A program made the translations under genes and the position numbers. A stretch of 63,027 nucleotides of DNA, filler included, from Globobulimina sp. (lineage: Eukaryota): the NCBI GenBank assembly GCA_003354225.1. It is 46 parts of 46 records of this genome, joined end to end, with 100 filler letters (N's around TTAATTAATTAA, not from the genome) between each part and the next. Parts side by side here need not be neighbours in the genome. Positions count along the whole stretch, not along the records: positions 23,341 to 24,612 come from PIVH01019676.1; positions 24,713 to 25,984 come from PIVH01019677.1; positions 26,085 to 27,356 come from PIVH01019678.1; positions 27,457 to 28,728 come from PIVH01019679.1; positions 28,829 to 30,100 come from PIVH01019680.1; positions 30,201 to 31,472 come from PIVH01019681.1; positions 31,573 to 32,844 come from PIVH01019682.1; positions 32,945 to 34,216 come from PIVH01019683.1; 38 more parts are not named here. One strand, 5' to 3'. A model generated the notes under the pieces. The model made no database searches, was not told the origin of the DNA, and saw only the letters and a list, made by a program, of their open reading frames with translations. Positions 24,377-36,410 of the stretch are shown piece after piece (within the stretch, counting starts at the first letter, position 1; the number at the start of each line of letters is the position of its first letter).

Positions 24377-24732
24377 GACCAGTCACGCCTTTATTTGCTA
24401 AAATCACTTTACTAAACAACTGAAAGAGGTTTTTTCTATGTATTTCTATGTATTTATTTGAAACAGAAAAAGCTTAAAATTACATGTTGAATTTGAAACA
24501 CGTTTAATTTAAAAACACTTTTATTTTGAACATGCAGCTTTTAAACAGAGATCTTTTCTTTGTTTCAAAATAAAAGAGCATCTGATCCGGTTTTCAGCGT
24601 CAGATTTTTATTNNNNNNNNNNNNNNNNNNNNNNNNNNNNNNNNNNNNNNNNNNNNTTAATTAATTAANNNNNNNNNNNNNNNNNNNNNNNNNNNNNNNN
24701 NNNNNNNNNNNNTTTGCCGCGGCTGTAATCCA

Positions 24733-25984
24733 TTGAGTTCCTACATACGACATCATATTCACTGTAGAGTTGAAGTTAACAACTGGAAAACTGAAAAAGT
24801 ACATTCATCACAAAATAAAAACTTTTCAAAGAGAATGCCACATTCAACTTTAAAATACACAATCGACGAACTCATACCCTGGGATCACCACAACAGCGCC
24901 CACATAATCTTCCAATCACATCGATTGCTACAAAAGAACCATATATCGCTTCAACAGAACGAATGCAAGATAGAGAATGCAATCTATTCAACAGAGCGGA
25001 TCAGAAACTACAAGAGAATATGCTGTAGATTTACAATGCCAAACAATAAAAACATCACATTCACTGCCAAAGGAAACACTCAATTCTCAGAGACATCGAC
25101 TCGTATCGCTACGTTTAGAGTCATTAAACAGATATTCACGCATTTATATAATGTGCAATGGGACGCTATGGAATTTGAATTTATATACAAGCGAAATGAA
25201 CATTGTTGCCAATCGAATATAATTACATTCATTCACAACCGCCACACGATTTCATTTGATGTGGTAAGAAGGAGACCAATCTCTCACTGGGATGGAGAAT
25301 ATGTAAAAAGCGGAATGTACTGTCGGGTCGGCGCAGGAATCGAAGTAATGAACAAATTATGCCAACGTGTGATGGAGCTGCCTCCTGCGAGTTATCCGCC
25401 AATGAGAAAAAAAAGGAGATTCAGCGACCATAATGATAGCAACGAGAACGTTTCCGGAATATATAAATCAGTGAATAGTGATAGGCGTAAACGTTCTCAG
25501 TCGCACAAATCCAAAAACAATGCAAAGGATGCTGCTAAGCTTAGACACGAAAACAAGAGAAAGAGTGTGCAAGAATGGAATTATTATGCTTTGGTGCATT
25601 GGTTGAACAGAGTGGATGACGGTGTCTTTGCACATATGAAATATTCAAATTTAAGGAAACATTTTATAATCGGAAGGGTGCGCGGCAGTGAATTGCACAA
25701 AATAAATGATGTTATTTTGAAAATGATTGGGTTGAAAGACAAAAAGGAGCATCAATTGATTCTGAGCGCAATGTCGCATTTGTGTGATAGCGATGATTAT
25801 GACAACATTGTAGCAAATACGATGTTTGGCGCAGATATTCTAATTCCATATAAGTTCTTTGATCCCATCAGTTATGAAATAATGAGAGATCCGGTGTTTT
25901 CCAGAGTGTCTGGCATTATTTATGAAAGAGGTATAATTGAACAATTTATTAATGCATTTCGCAAAGATCCAATCACAGAGAAAA
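24733..25984 (+). CDS. SAM plus U-box protein (putative E3 ligase), partial
   Basis: SAM-like VQEWNYYALVHWL; U-box FFDPISYEIMRDPV..YERGIIEQFI..DPIT. Confidence 0.8.
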
Positions 25985-26084
25985 NNNNNNNNNNNNNNNN
26001 NNNNNNNNNNNNNNNNNNNNNNNNNNNNTTAATTAATTAANNNNNNNNNNNNNNNNNNNNNNNNNNNNNNNNNNNNNNNNNNNN

Positions 26085-26451
26085 TTTTGCAAATATTTTC
26101 TTTGTCCACTGATATGGATTTAATTACGGGGGCTGTAAATAATTCAACTGGGTCACATGACAGCCATTGACGATGTGTGTCTGCAAATTCTAAACCCATT
26201 ATGTGTCCTGTTACCGATGTTACTGTCATCTGACTACGTACGCCACTGACATCGCATTGGAAATCAAAACATCGATTGTATTTAGAATAGCCTGTCCTCT
26301 TTTTTTTTATTATTATTTTTTGTGCAATTTTTTGGAGTTTATTCTGGGAACAAAATTAATAACAAACTGATGAAGATGAACCACTTGATAAAATCTGTGT
26401 TATTCGTTTTGCAACAGATGGTTTTTCTGCGACATTTAGTATTTTGATCAT
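26085..26451 (-). CDS. TOP3A: DNA topoisomerase III alpha, N-terminal TOPRIM region; intron 26299-26367
   Basis: MIKILNVAEKPSVAK..|RTGYSKYN..MTVTSVTGHIMGLEF..WLSCDP. Confidence 0.9.
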
Positions 26452-26743
26452 GTGTAAGGTTTATGAACAAAATAAATATTTTTACTTCAAAATGAATATT
26501 TCATTCGACTATTTCTTCAAAACTTTAAGAAATCAATTGAAGTGTTCATTCGACTATTTTCTTCATAGTGAGCTGTGAGACAACAAGATTTTGTTCATAA
26601 TATATGCACAAATATGATACAAACACAAAATGCATTCTGTCATCCATCACCAAAACAACAAAAAAAAACTCATAACTGATTAAAGGATGTTTTATATAAT
26701 AAAAATATTTTACATTGTTTTATGAGGAGAAAGATAAATTTTA

Positions 26744-27356
26744 TTATAATCCAGTTTTATTCATTCCAGATTTTCCAGTTTTCGAGGCTGTTTTAGCAAT
26801 GTTAGCCATTTTTTTATCACGTGCTTTAATGGAGGCATCAGTCACTCTCATTCCATTCACGATTTCTTTTGTTTTTTGAAAATAAATGCCTTCAATAGTT
26901 CCTCTTAAATCTAATTCTAAATCCTCTAACATCGGACCCATAATCTCTAAATGCGACTGCTTTTCATCAGCGTATGATTGTAAAGTGGCTGTTTTTTGAG
27001 CTTGTTTGGTTACACTTCCACTTAAATCAATATCCCCCAAACCCTTCACTTTCATAGGCATCGCCACTAAAACTGTTGAGGTTAATTTATAATTAAATGC
27101 GTCTTTGTCGTTTCCAGCGCTGTTCACTTCGAACACATGCACTGACGACCAAGAACCTAAAATTATATAATTATTTATTCATTTATTTATTGCGATTTTG
27201 CGTAAAAAAAACAATGCGAAAATGCATATTACCTTTAAATCCTTGTATGTCTTTTTGAATATTATCTTTTTGAACACAGAAACAGGCAGCAAAAGATCCA
27301 ACATTTTCATCTAAATCCCACATATAAACGGAAGAAACACCACCTTCAAAATATTG
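26744..27356 (-). CDS. CAPZB: F-actin capping protein beta subunit, 3' part; intron 27157-27232
   Basis: YFEGGVSSVYMWD..G|SWSSVHVFEV..YKLTSTV..LSGSVTKQ..IYFQKTKEIV. Confidence 0.93.
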
Positions 27357-27472
27357 NNNNNNNNNNNNNNNNNNNNNNNNNNNNNNNNNNNNNNNNNNNN
27401 TTAATTAATTAANNNNNNNNNNNNNNNNNNNNNNNNNNNNNNNNNNNNNNNNNNNNTAAACTTTGAAGTATC

Positions 27473-28546
27473 ATGGCTCAGCCAGCAAACGTGTGTAATC
27501 ACAGTGGTTGTTATTGTAAAGGATATATTATTCCAACATCCAAATGGTCAAAGGGAAAATGTAAAAATTGCAATCACTCGCAAAAAGAACATGATGCTCT
27601 TGCAGCGGATGTTACGTATGAGAGTGAAGAGGCATGTTTTATTTGTTATGTGTTGCAATTTTAATATGTTGTTGTTTCCAGGGAGCACAAGCTCCAACAT
27701 CGAGCAGTCAATATGATGCACAAATCGATAACAAAATGGGTATTGTGCCAAGCGGGAAAACAAACTATAAAGATGTTGGTGGATATGGTAACACTAAAAA
27801 GAACGCACCATCAATATATAGTGTATGTATCATGGCACTCGAAACGATCACTTATTTCATTATATAATATATAGATAGATTTAGATGAATCAGATTGGAT
27901 TAATTGGAGTACAGATGATTTATTAGTTTGGTTTCAACAAAAAAAGAAATTGCCAGAAGCATCAAAATTAAAATCAATTGAACATGAAATGAGAAACGGT
28001 GGCATTGCTGGAAATAAAATGACTCAATTCACACATTCAGCAATGCTTAGTTATGGTTTTACAGAATTCGATTATAGATCAAGATTATTAGCAGAAGTAA
28101 AGAAATTGTTGGAAAAACATCCACCATCATCACAAACACCAAAATATAATGTGGAGCAAAAGCAAGAGTCACCAAAGCAACAGCAACAGCGACAGCAAGT
28201 AAACCAAGACCAAGATGCAGCAAAGTCAGAGGTAGATCTATTAAAAGAGAACAATTTAAATGAATCGCAATGGAAAACATGGAGTACCGATCAAGTGTGG
28301 GAATGGATAAAAATAAAACAAGGTTGGATAAATACTGAAGAAATGGAATATATATTTCTTCATAAATTAAATGGATATGAAGAAAAATTAAAATCAAACG
28401 ATATCAATTTAACTGGAGCTAAATTTGTTGATGTTAAAAATGATATGAAAACACAAAAATTATTGAAAGGGATCGGATTTCCATTTTCCGCAAGGAAAGC
28501 TGTGTATAAGCATATCGATGTTCTTCTTAGACATAATTCCAATTAA
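27473..28546 (+). CDS. Protein with N-terminal Cys/His motif and two SAM-like domains; introns 27632-27681 (GC-AG) and 27823-27874
   Basis: Two phase-0 introns join three ORFs in frame. CKNCNHSQKEH motif; WINWSTDDLLVW and WKTWSTDQVWEW repeats. Confidence 0.7.
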
Positions 28547-28848
28547 AACATAACATTTTATCACTTTGTATTTGTGTTTTTGTATAATATATCAAAAAAC
28601 TCACTAAACGATGTATTCCAACACATTTGACTTTTTAGGCTTAAACTTCTAAACACTTCTTTTGTGATTGGCAAGGTTTTTGGGTTAGCTAGAGTGGTTT
28701 TCAACCTTGAATACTACGATTCAAAACCNNNNNNNNNNNNNNNNNNNNNNNNNNNNNNNNNNNNNNNNNNNNTTAATTAATTAANNNNNNNNNNNNNNNN
28801 NNNNNNNNNNNNNNNNNNNNNNNNNNNNATGTAAATACTGCAAACGAA

Positions 28849-30100
28849 ATGGAAGATAATTATAATCGCGCAATCAATGGAACATTCCCTTCCGATATAA
28901 ATAACCAACAAAAAAAATTTATTCAAGAATATCGAAAGATAAATGGTCATCAAATACATACTAAAATATTTCACATAATATCTAATATATTTAAAAGCCA
29001 TCATCGTATTCAATTATTACTGAGTGATATTAAAAGCAACTTAACTCAGAAAGGGTGGAGTGATATGGATATTAATAGGACATTTAATTTGTTTCAAGAT
29101 TTCTGGTTTGTAGATGGCGAATATCACTTAAAATTACGGCGTAATAATCCGACATATCAAATGATAAAAAGAAATATCTCCATTGTCTGTTCCAAGCAGT
29201 CAGACACATCAAGCCGCTCTTCTTCTAATTCCATTTCAATCCCATCCAGAGAAACAATGAAAAATAGATATACAAATATTTTGAATAATATATCCAATAA
29301 TAATAATGGTTCAAATCATATGGAGCAAAGTGTTGATCCCAATAATGATGAAATAAAATCAAATGATCCAATTGAATGGAATTCCAATCCATATAAATCT
29401 ATTAATCAAACGGAACAATTCTGCCATGCTTCAGAAAGTTTTCAACACTCAAATGAGAGTACCTTTGTTTTAGTGACTCAGTCGGATTTAGAATCAAGTT
29501 CAAACGACTCACAATCATCTCAATGTTGTGAAAATCCATCATTATATCATACATTTGTTATGTCACCACAAGAACGAGAAGAAATTATAAATTATAAATC
29601 AAACAATCTGATTCCAGAAACACATAATAAATCATATCAAAAGCAGCAATCATTTAAAAAATACGCAAACAAATATAATATAATAACATCATCAATAAAT
29701 AATATTCCAACAATAACAATAACACAAACACACACAAAATATTATTTAAAAGCAAATAATAAAGTGATTGATAAAAGAAAAATTAAAAATATGGATCCGG
29801 ACTTATATAACACCGACGAAACGTCAGTGTTAATACCTGTTTGTAATGAAATAATGGATATATTCACCAATAATCATTCAAAAGGACATCCAAAGACACA
29901 TAAAATGAAAGAAATATTAAAAAAAAAATATGGATTAAAAAGTGTAACTAAATTTGTTAAATATGGATTAAGTCAATGCAAAAATTGTTTACATAACAGT
30001 AATTATACAAATTCCAATTACAAGGTATGGTTATATGCATATAAAAGTGACTGATAATGGTGGCGAGTTTGTGAATAAATGGAATGATGCGATGGTTAAA
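28849..30100 (+). mobile_element. Integrase-like gene (HHCC zinc finger plus DDE-core fragment), internally deleted or frameshifted
   Basis: H-x3-H-x29-C-x2-C at 29875-29988. The +1 frame then reads TRYGYMHIKVTDNGGEFVN up to the contig end. Confidence 0.75.
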
Positions 30101-30200
30101 NNNNNNNNNNNNNNNNNNNNNNNNNNNNNNNNNNNNNNNNNNNNTTAATTAATTAANNNNNNNNNNNNNNNNNNNNNNNNNNNNNNNNNNNNNNNNNNNN

Positions 30201-31234
30201 ACCGGTATAAAGGATATATAATTCATAAAGAAAAGCATGGTTTAATGGGATATATATTGGGATTTGAGGAGATGGAAAATGAATTAATATCCATTCACAT
30301 CGATGATTGTCATATTAGAGGAAATAGAAAGTTGCGCAGGTTCGAACAAGTTGAGTTTTGTATGGAATTAAATGATAAAATGGATAATTTACGTTGTAAA
30401 TACAAAGCAATTCAAGTGACGCACTCAAATTTACGCATTATGTGTTATAATGAAGATAATTATTTGTTAAATGTGAGGAAAGATAAAGAGTTTGAGTTTG
30501 AGAATGAAATGGAAAGATTTGAAGGAATTATTAGCGATATAAAATATAATAATTTATATGAGATAACCCCAAATATGTATGGCTATAAACCTGTCATTGG
30601 CTATGAGTCAGAATTTCGAGTTGTTGGCAATAAAGCATTGCAAATTGGGGATGCTGTTGAATTTCATATTGATTATAAGACACAAAAACCATTTCATATC
30701 ACTGCACGAGGCGGATATCCATTCATTTGTGAATACTCCAATAGTGAATATAGCAAATATTTGCGAAGTAAATACGAGTTATCCACATTTAGAAGAGATT
30801 TTGCATTATTTCCGGATACACCGACAAGTGATTATGTTTTGGGATTTGTGAGCTTTTTTAATCAAGAAAATGAATGTGGAACAATCGAAATTATTACACA
30901 TAATCATCAAATTCGATATAAACAAATATTATTCCATTTAAACGATATTAAAGAATCAGTGAATATATTGAAGAATCAGAAAATAATATTTCAACTGTCA
31001 GAGATGGATACAATTAATGCAAGCAATAATGTTGAATTTATGTCATTTGTTCGGAGATATGATTTGGATTCGAGTAAAAGAGCAATAAATATAAAATTCT
31101 TTCAAAATAAAAATATAACATCTCAATACAACGATTTTGAGAGTGTAAGACATGTAGATTTAAACGAGCGAGATGCAAAATTAACCAAAATAAACAATAT
31201 ATTGCAACAAAAGACGGCATATTTGAGATACTAA
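30201..31234 (+). CDS. Protein with three cold-shock/OB-fold-like repeats (5' partial)
   Basis: Three G.I....G.I....H..D.....L..G..VEF-type repeats. Confidence 0.55.
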
Positions 31235-31697
31235 ATTCTCGATTAATTGAATATAGTCAGTTTAAAACCACTGTAGCTAACCCAAAAATCTTGCAAACAT
31301 TCAAGCTGCTAATTTTCGACTGAACCAGCAAATATGCTGAAGTGTCTCCATTAGCGAATAACGGCGGTAATATTTTCTTCCTTGTAGTTAGGAATTAGGA
31401 TACATGGCCTTTTGTGTATACCAAAATTTGCAATAACATACAAAGAGATCATGCAAAATATGGATCATTATTNNNNNNNNNNNNNNNNNNNNNNNNNNNN
31501 NNNNNNNNNNNNNNNNTTAATTAATTAANNNNNNNNNNNNNNNNNNNNNNNNNNNNNNNNNNNNNNNNNNNNCTCTGTTAAATATTGATTGTAGACTGAA
31601 CAAATCAACTGAAATTTATACAAAACGTACAGGTTAATTTAATTCAGATTTAATTTCAGATTTAATTTTATGTTATAATGGTCGTGTCGCAATTGGT

Positions 31698-31713
31698 GGT
31701 GTTGAAAAACACC
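31698..31713 (-). promoter_or_regulatory. Histone mRNA 3' stem-loop after H4
   Basis: GGTGTT-TTTC-AACACC-ACCAA, 41 nt after the stop. Confidence 0.9.
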
Positions 31714-31754
31714 TGGTAAAAAATAAAAGATTAATGTATGAAACAAATAAAAGA

Positions 31755-32063
31755 TTAGTTAAATCCATAGATGGTTCTTCCTTGTCTTTTTAAAGCGTAT
31801 ACAACATCCAAAGCAGTGACAGTTTTCCTTTTCGAATATTCCGTATAAGTGACTGCATCCTTAACAACATTTTCTAAGAATGTCTTAATTACAGATCGCG
31901 ATTCATCATAAATCTGCCCAGAGATTCTTTTTACTCCACCTCTTCTGGCTAAACGTCTAATGGCCGGTTTTGTAATTCCAGCAATATTTCCTTTTCCTCC
32001 TTTTCTGAAACGTTTGGCACCGCCTTTTCCTAAACCTTTACCTCCTTTTCCACGACCGGACAT
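31755..32063 (-). CDS. H4: Histone H4 (divergent), intronless
   Basis: [51 protein letters not shown]. Confidence 0.99.
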
Positions 32064-32542
32064 TCTGAATAATAAATTAGTTAATAAAAGAAAAATGGAA
32101 TATATTAATATTAATAATAAATTAAAGAGAATGAGATTGATGTTGTTTTGGTGAAGAAATCAAATGGATGGTTTTGGTGAATATTATATCATAATTGCCA
32201 ACATGCTGGCCATCAACAATTAGAAACAGAATTTTATCTTATTGGTCGCCGCTCTCTCTGTAACATATATCCTATATGGCATTGCATAAAACTGCCATTA
32301 GCAATTCGTATTGATATTGATATTGTGAGTTATGTTGTGTTGTGTTGTGATTCTTGAAACTGTGAAATTTGTTAAATCCAGCCATGCTGCATCATGCTTC
32401 ATTTATAAATGTTAAGATTTAGGAATCACGAAAACTGTGAGCTTTTTGCATCAACTAACTCGGAACATCATTCGCTTCGGACAACTAGTTTAATATTAAT
32501 ATATTGTGTACATAGCGATTGCAACAGATCAGTAAAATTGGT

Positions 32543-32558
32543 GGTGTTGAAAAACACC
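32543..32558 (-). promoter_or_regulatory. Histone mRNA 3' stem-loop after H2A
   Basis: Identical to the H4 elements; 46 nt after the H2A stop. Confidence 0.9.
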
Positions 32559-32604
32559 TGGTAAAAAATAAAATAATTATATACAAAAAAATGCTGATTT
32601 TAGT

Positions 32605-32844
32605 TTAGTTTTTCTTTTTTCCTTTTTTTTGTGGCAATAATGCGGCATTGATATTTGGTAAGACGCCGCCTGAGGCAATAATGGCATTTCCAAAGAATTG
32701 ATTTAATTCATCGTCATTACGCACCGCCAACTGGATATGTCTCGGGATGATCCGCAATTTCTTATTATCTTTGGCAGCGTTGCCGGCCAACTCCAATACT
32801 TCGGCCACAATATATTCTAAAACAGCTGCCATATAAACTGGTGC
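32605..32844 (-). CDS. H2A: Histone H2A, 3' part
   Basis: [49 protein letters not shown]. Confidence 0.98.
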   Translation of the reverse strand, partial: APVYMAAVLEYIVAEVLELAGNAAKDNKKLRIIPRHIQLAVRNDDELNQFFGNAIIASGGVLPNINAALLPQKKGKKKN

Positions 32845-33258
32845 NNNNNNNNNNNNNNNNNNNNNNNNNNNNNNNNNNNNNNNNNNNNTTAATTAATTAA
32901 NNNNNNNNNNNNNNNNNNNNNNNNNNNNNNNNNNNNNNNNNNNNTTTGTATGATGAATACGGTGTTAATAATGAAGTGATTGTGTGTGGGACGAAAGGAA
33001 TGACAGTTACAACATTAAGTGATGCGGAGAGAATTATATTAATTGTAATATGGTTAATTGTGTTGGTATTTGTATGTTTTTGTGTTGTAAACAGAACACG
33101 AATAAAAAAATGGTATACTAAAGGAAAGATTGGTTATACTGAATTTAGCAACGAGCAACGTCCACACAATAAAACTGATAATTCAGCTAGACTCTAATTA
33201 GCAAAAATATATTATTAAAGGTCTAGTAAATAAATAAAAGGTTTTTTGCTTCTGACAA

Positions 33259-34216
33259 ATGTCTGCTTTCCGACAAACATCATCTGGCACGGAAGGTGCT
33301 GAAGATAGCAGTCAATTAACAGAATTTTTCGCTCAAAATAACAAGTTGAAATTGGAATGGTACAACAAATTGGTTGAGGTAGGTTTCGATTATGATGATT
33401 TAATGGACAGTGCAGAGAAGGATTTAAGGAATACATTAACTGAGGATTGCAAATTACCGTCGTTTGGTATTAACAGAATCATGAATGCTGTCAGAAAGAC
33501 ACCAGAATCTGTAATGTATACATTGTTACATGGCACCAAAGTATCCATTGTATCGACAGAAGAACATGAGGCAACAGAACAAATTCAAAAAGAAAGTGCC
33601 AGGATAAGCCAAGCAATTACAAATATCACTCATATAATGGCTAAATTGACTGAGAATTCGCAAAGTTGTGAAGAAAGTATAAATAATGTATTTGATGATA
33701 TTATTACCAATGCGAATGACCGACGAGATATATTATTGGCGCAATTGAAAGATATTACAAATGATAAATATAATCAACTATTGAATCAACAAAATGTTTT
33801 TAAAAAGAAAGTGCAGCAATTAAGTTATGCCTATGATGAAACACAAAATATGATGAAAGATACCACGATGGATAGCAGCAAAAGAAAAAATAAAATATTA
33901 TCAGACACCAAACAATTATTAAAAGTAAATATTAATTTAAGCCCAAAAACCAACGAAAAAATTAAGGTTGATTTAAATGTACAAGATTTTTATAATAGTT
34001 TAGCACAAATTGGTTTTGTTTGTGACGGTTTTGGTGCTCTATCACCTTTTATTCAAGTCACAGAAGTGAAATATGACAGAGCTACAATATTAATAAACAC
34101 GAATGTTGAGGAAAAGGAATGTATTGGACATAGATTAGAATATATTGAAAATAAGGATGATAATAAAGAGGATGAAAAATTGGATTGGACATCAATAAAT
34201 ATGCAAAATAATAATG
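33259..34216 (+). CDS. Protein with SAM-like, coiled-coil (BBC-like) and FN3-like regions (partial)
   Basis: Domain-like patterns in a long ORF. Confidence 0.5.
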
Positions 34217-34316
34217 NNNNNNNNNNNNNNNNNNNNNNNNNNNNNNNNNNNNNNNNNNNNTTAATTAATTAANNNNNNNNNNNNNNNNNNNNNNNNNNNN
34301 NNNNNNNNNNNNNNNN

Positions 34317-34630
34317 CTCTGATCTGTGACTTAAAACCAGACTGCAAGGATTTTTCTGATGAAAATATATGCTCAGAAGTAGTTCTTAACACCACAATTA
34401 CATGTGGCAATGGGCAGGTGATTGAAGAAAGTTTGAAGTGTGATGGATGGTTGGATTGTCACAATGGTGCTGATGAGAAACACTGTATGGCTGGATACAA
34501 ATGTCAGGGAAATAATAGCATCTATATAACATTTGACCTTGTAAATGACCTTTTCCCTGATTGCCCTTTACAAGACGATGAGCCAATTCTTCTGGACACT
34601 GTTAACCAATATAATATCAATGTTAAATGA
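34317..34630 (+). CDS. LDL-receptor class A repeat fragment
   Basis: CDLKPDCKDFSDE, CDGWLDCHNGADE, NDLFPDCP..DDE. Confidence 0.75.
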
Positions 34631-35748
34631 CCAGAAATGGTGGCATAGCGGAATGAGTATAAAAGATTTATTAATTAAAATAAAGAGAATGTTGCATGAC
34701 GATGATCTGAATACAATTATTGATATCCCTCGAATATCAAAAAAGCGATACAACATGTTATTAAATGGCGGATTGCCTTTACTCGAACATATCATTAAAG
34801 CATGTTTGTACAATAATAAATATTGCAATGGTTCGCGTGTTCCGTTGTGGTTACTATGTAATAATAAGAATATCCTCAATGTGACAAGGAAAAGTCATGA
34901 AAATGATATACAAAAAATACAAGAAATATTTTATGCACATACTACATTTTGTGTTAGCATTATTGATGTAGTCGTATCCTATTATGGCAATCAGTGGCAT
35001 TGCGGGAGAATTTGGTTAGAATTTGAAAATTATTATCCAGTGATTAATTATATTAAAGCTCAATGTAACAAATTAAAAATATAACTGTTTTGTGTTGTGA
35101 TTGTTAAAAAATATTATAAGTTTTTTATATTATAAGTTGTGATTTTTTTTTCTTTATAAGTTTTTTATATTTATATTTTGTATTTATACTATTTTATGTA
35201 TTAACCTACTGTCATTATTTGATATTTATTAATTATTTATATACCTCATTTTTTAATTATTAACACGGTTACCACGGAGCGTAATGATAAGAATCGGATT
35301 GAAATCATATTCAATTTAACTGGAAACACAAGATAAAAAAAAACGTTTTTCGCACATTTTACAGGTTTTTTAAGCTGACTTAATTAAGCATGTCTGAATC
35401 AGAAGTTATTCCTTTGAGTGACATTGATACCATATTCTATAACCAACGAGAAACCAGTACTGTATATTTACGTGACGATGCAGTAAATACATCAGAAGAA
35501 ATTACACAACGAATTTGGAGAACAGTAATATCAGTGGCATTGCGGGAGAATTTGGTTAGAATTTGAAAATTATTATCCAGTGATTAATNNNNNNNNNNNN
35601 NNNNNNNNNNNNNNNNNNNNNNNNNNNNNNNNTTAATTAATTAANNNNNNNNNNNNNNNNNNNNNNNNNNNNNNNNNNNNNNNNNNNNCGTTATGGCCAA
35701 CTCCAAGCCGAAGAATTAACTTATTTATTAAAATTAGATTCCTCGCGA

Positions 35749-36410
35749 TTGACCTGTCTATACATGCAAGCCGCCAATATCTCCAAAACCTGTAACCCGT
35801 ATCCTCATCCTGCATATTATGGACATTACTTAGGTCATTATCTATCGTCCTCTGCCATGATGTATTCCAATACGAAAGACCGCAGCCTCCAGACCAAAAT
35901 GAACGGCATTATCCAGTCCTTACAACAATGTGAAACCGCGTGGACCAATGTGGGCCATGCTGGCTATTTATTCCCTTATTCGCCCACTGCTTTCCAAGTA
36001 TTAGAAGGCGATATCTCTGGTCGTTTACCGGTGGCTGTCCCCTTTTACGTAATGCATAAAATCTTCGCTGGTTTAATCGACCAATACATCCATGCCAACT
36101 CCACGGCGGCTCTTTCCTTGGTGACTCGTATGGGGAATTGGGTGTATTCCAACGTACAAAGCACCATTCAAAAGCATGGCGCCAATGGCTGGCAATCCGT
36201 ATTAAACACGGAATGGGGCGGCATGAACGAGGCCATGTATAATTTATAGGCAATCACCAAGACCCAGAATTATTTACCGCGGCAATTGGTTTGTGGACCG
36301 TGCCGTTGGCGCAAAACCGCGATGATTTAGCCAACCAACACGCCAATACACATATTCCTGAGATCTCGGGCAGTGCGCGAGGCTACGAAGTGAATGGCAA
36401 CACCACGCGA
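35749..36410 (+). pseudogene. GH127/GH146 beta-L-arabinofuranosidase-like, disrupted
   Basis: GHYLGHYLS, PFYVMHKIFAGLIDQY, EWGGMNE; TAG at 36247; HANTHIPE follows in a shifted frame. Confidence 0.8.

Noticed and set aside
35530-35588. 59-bp exact repeat of 34990-35048 as an LTR or att site
   Set aside because: It copies the inside of an ORF at a contig end, in a contig already mosaic with an LDL-A fragment. Likely an amplification or assembly artefact.
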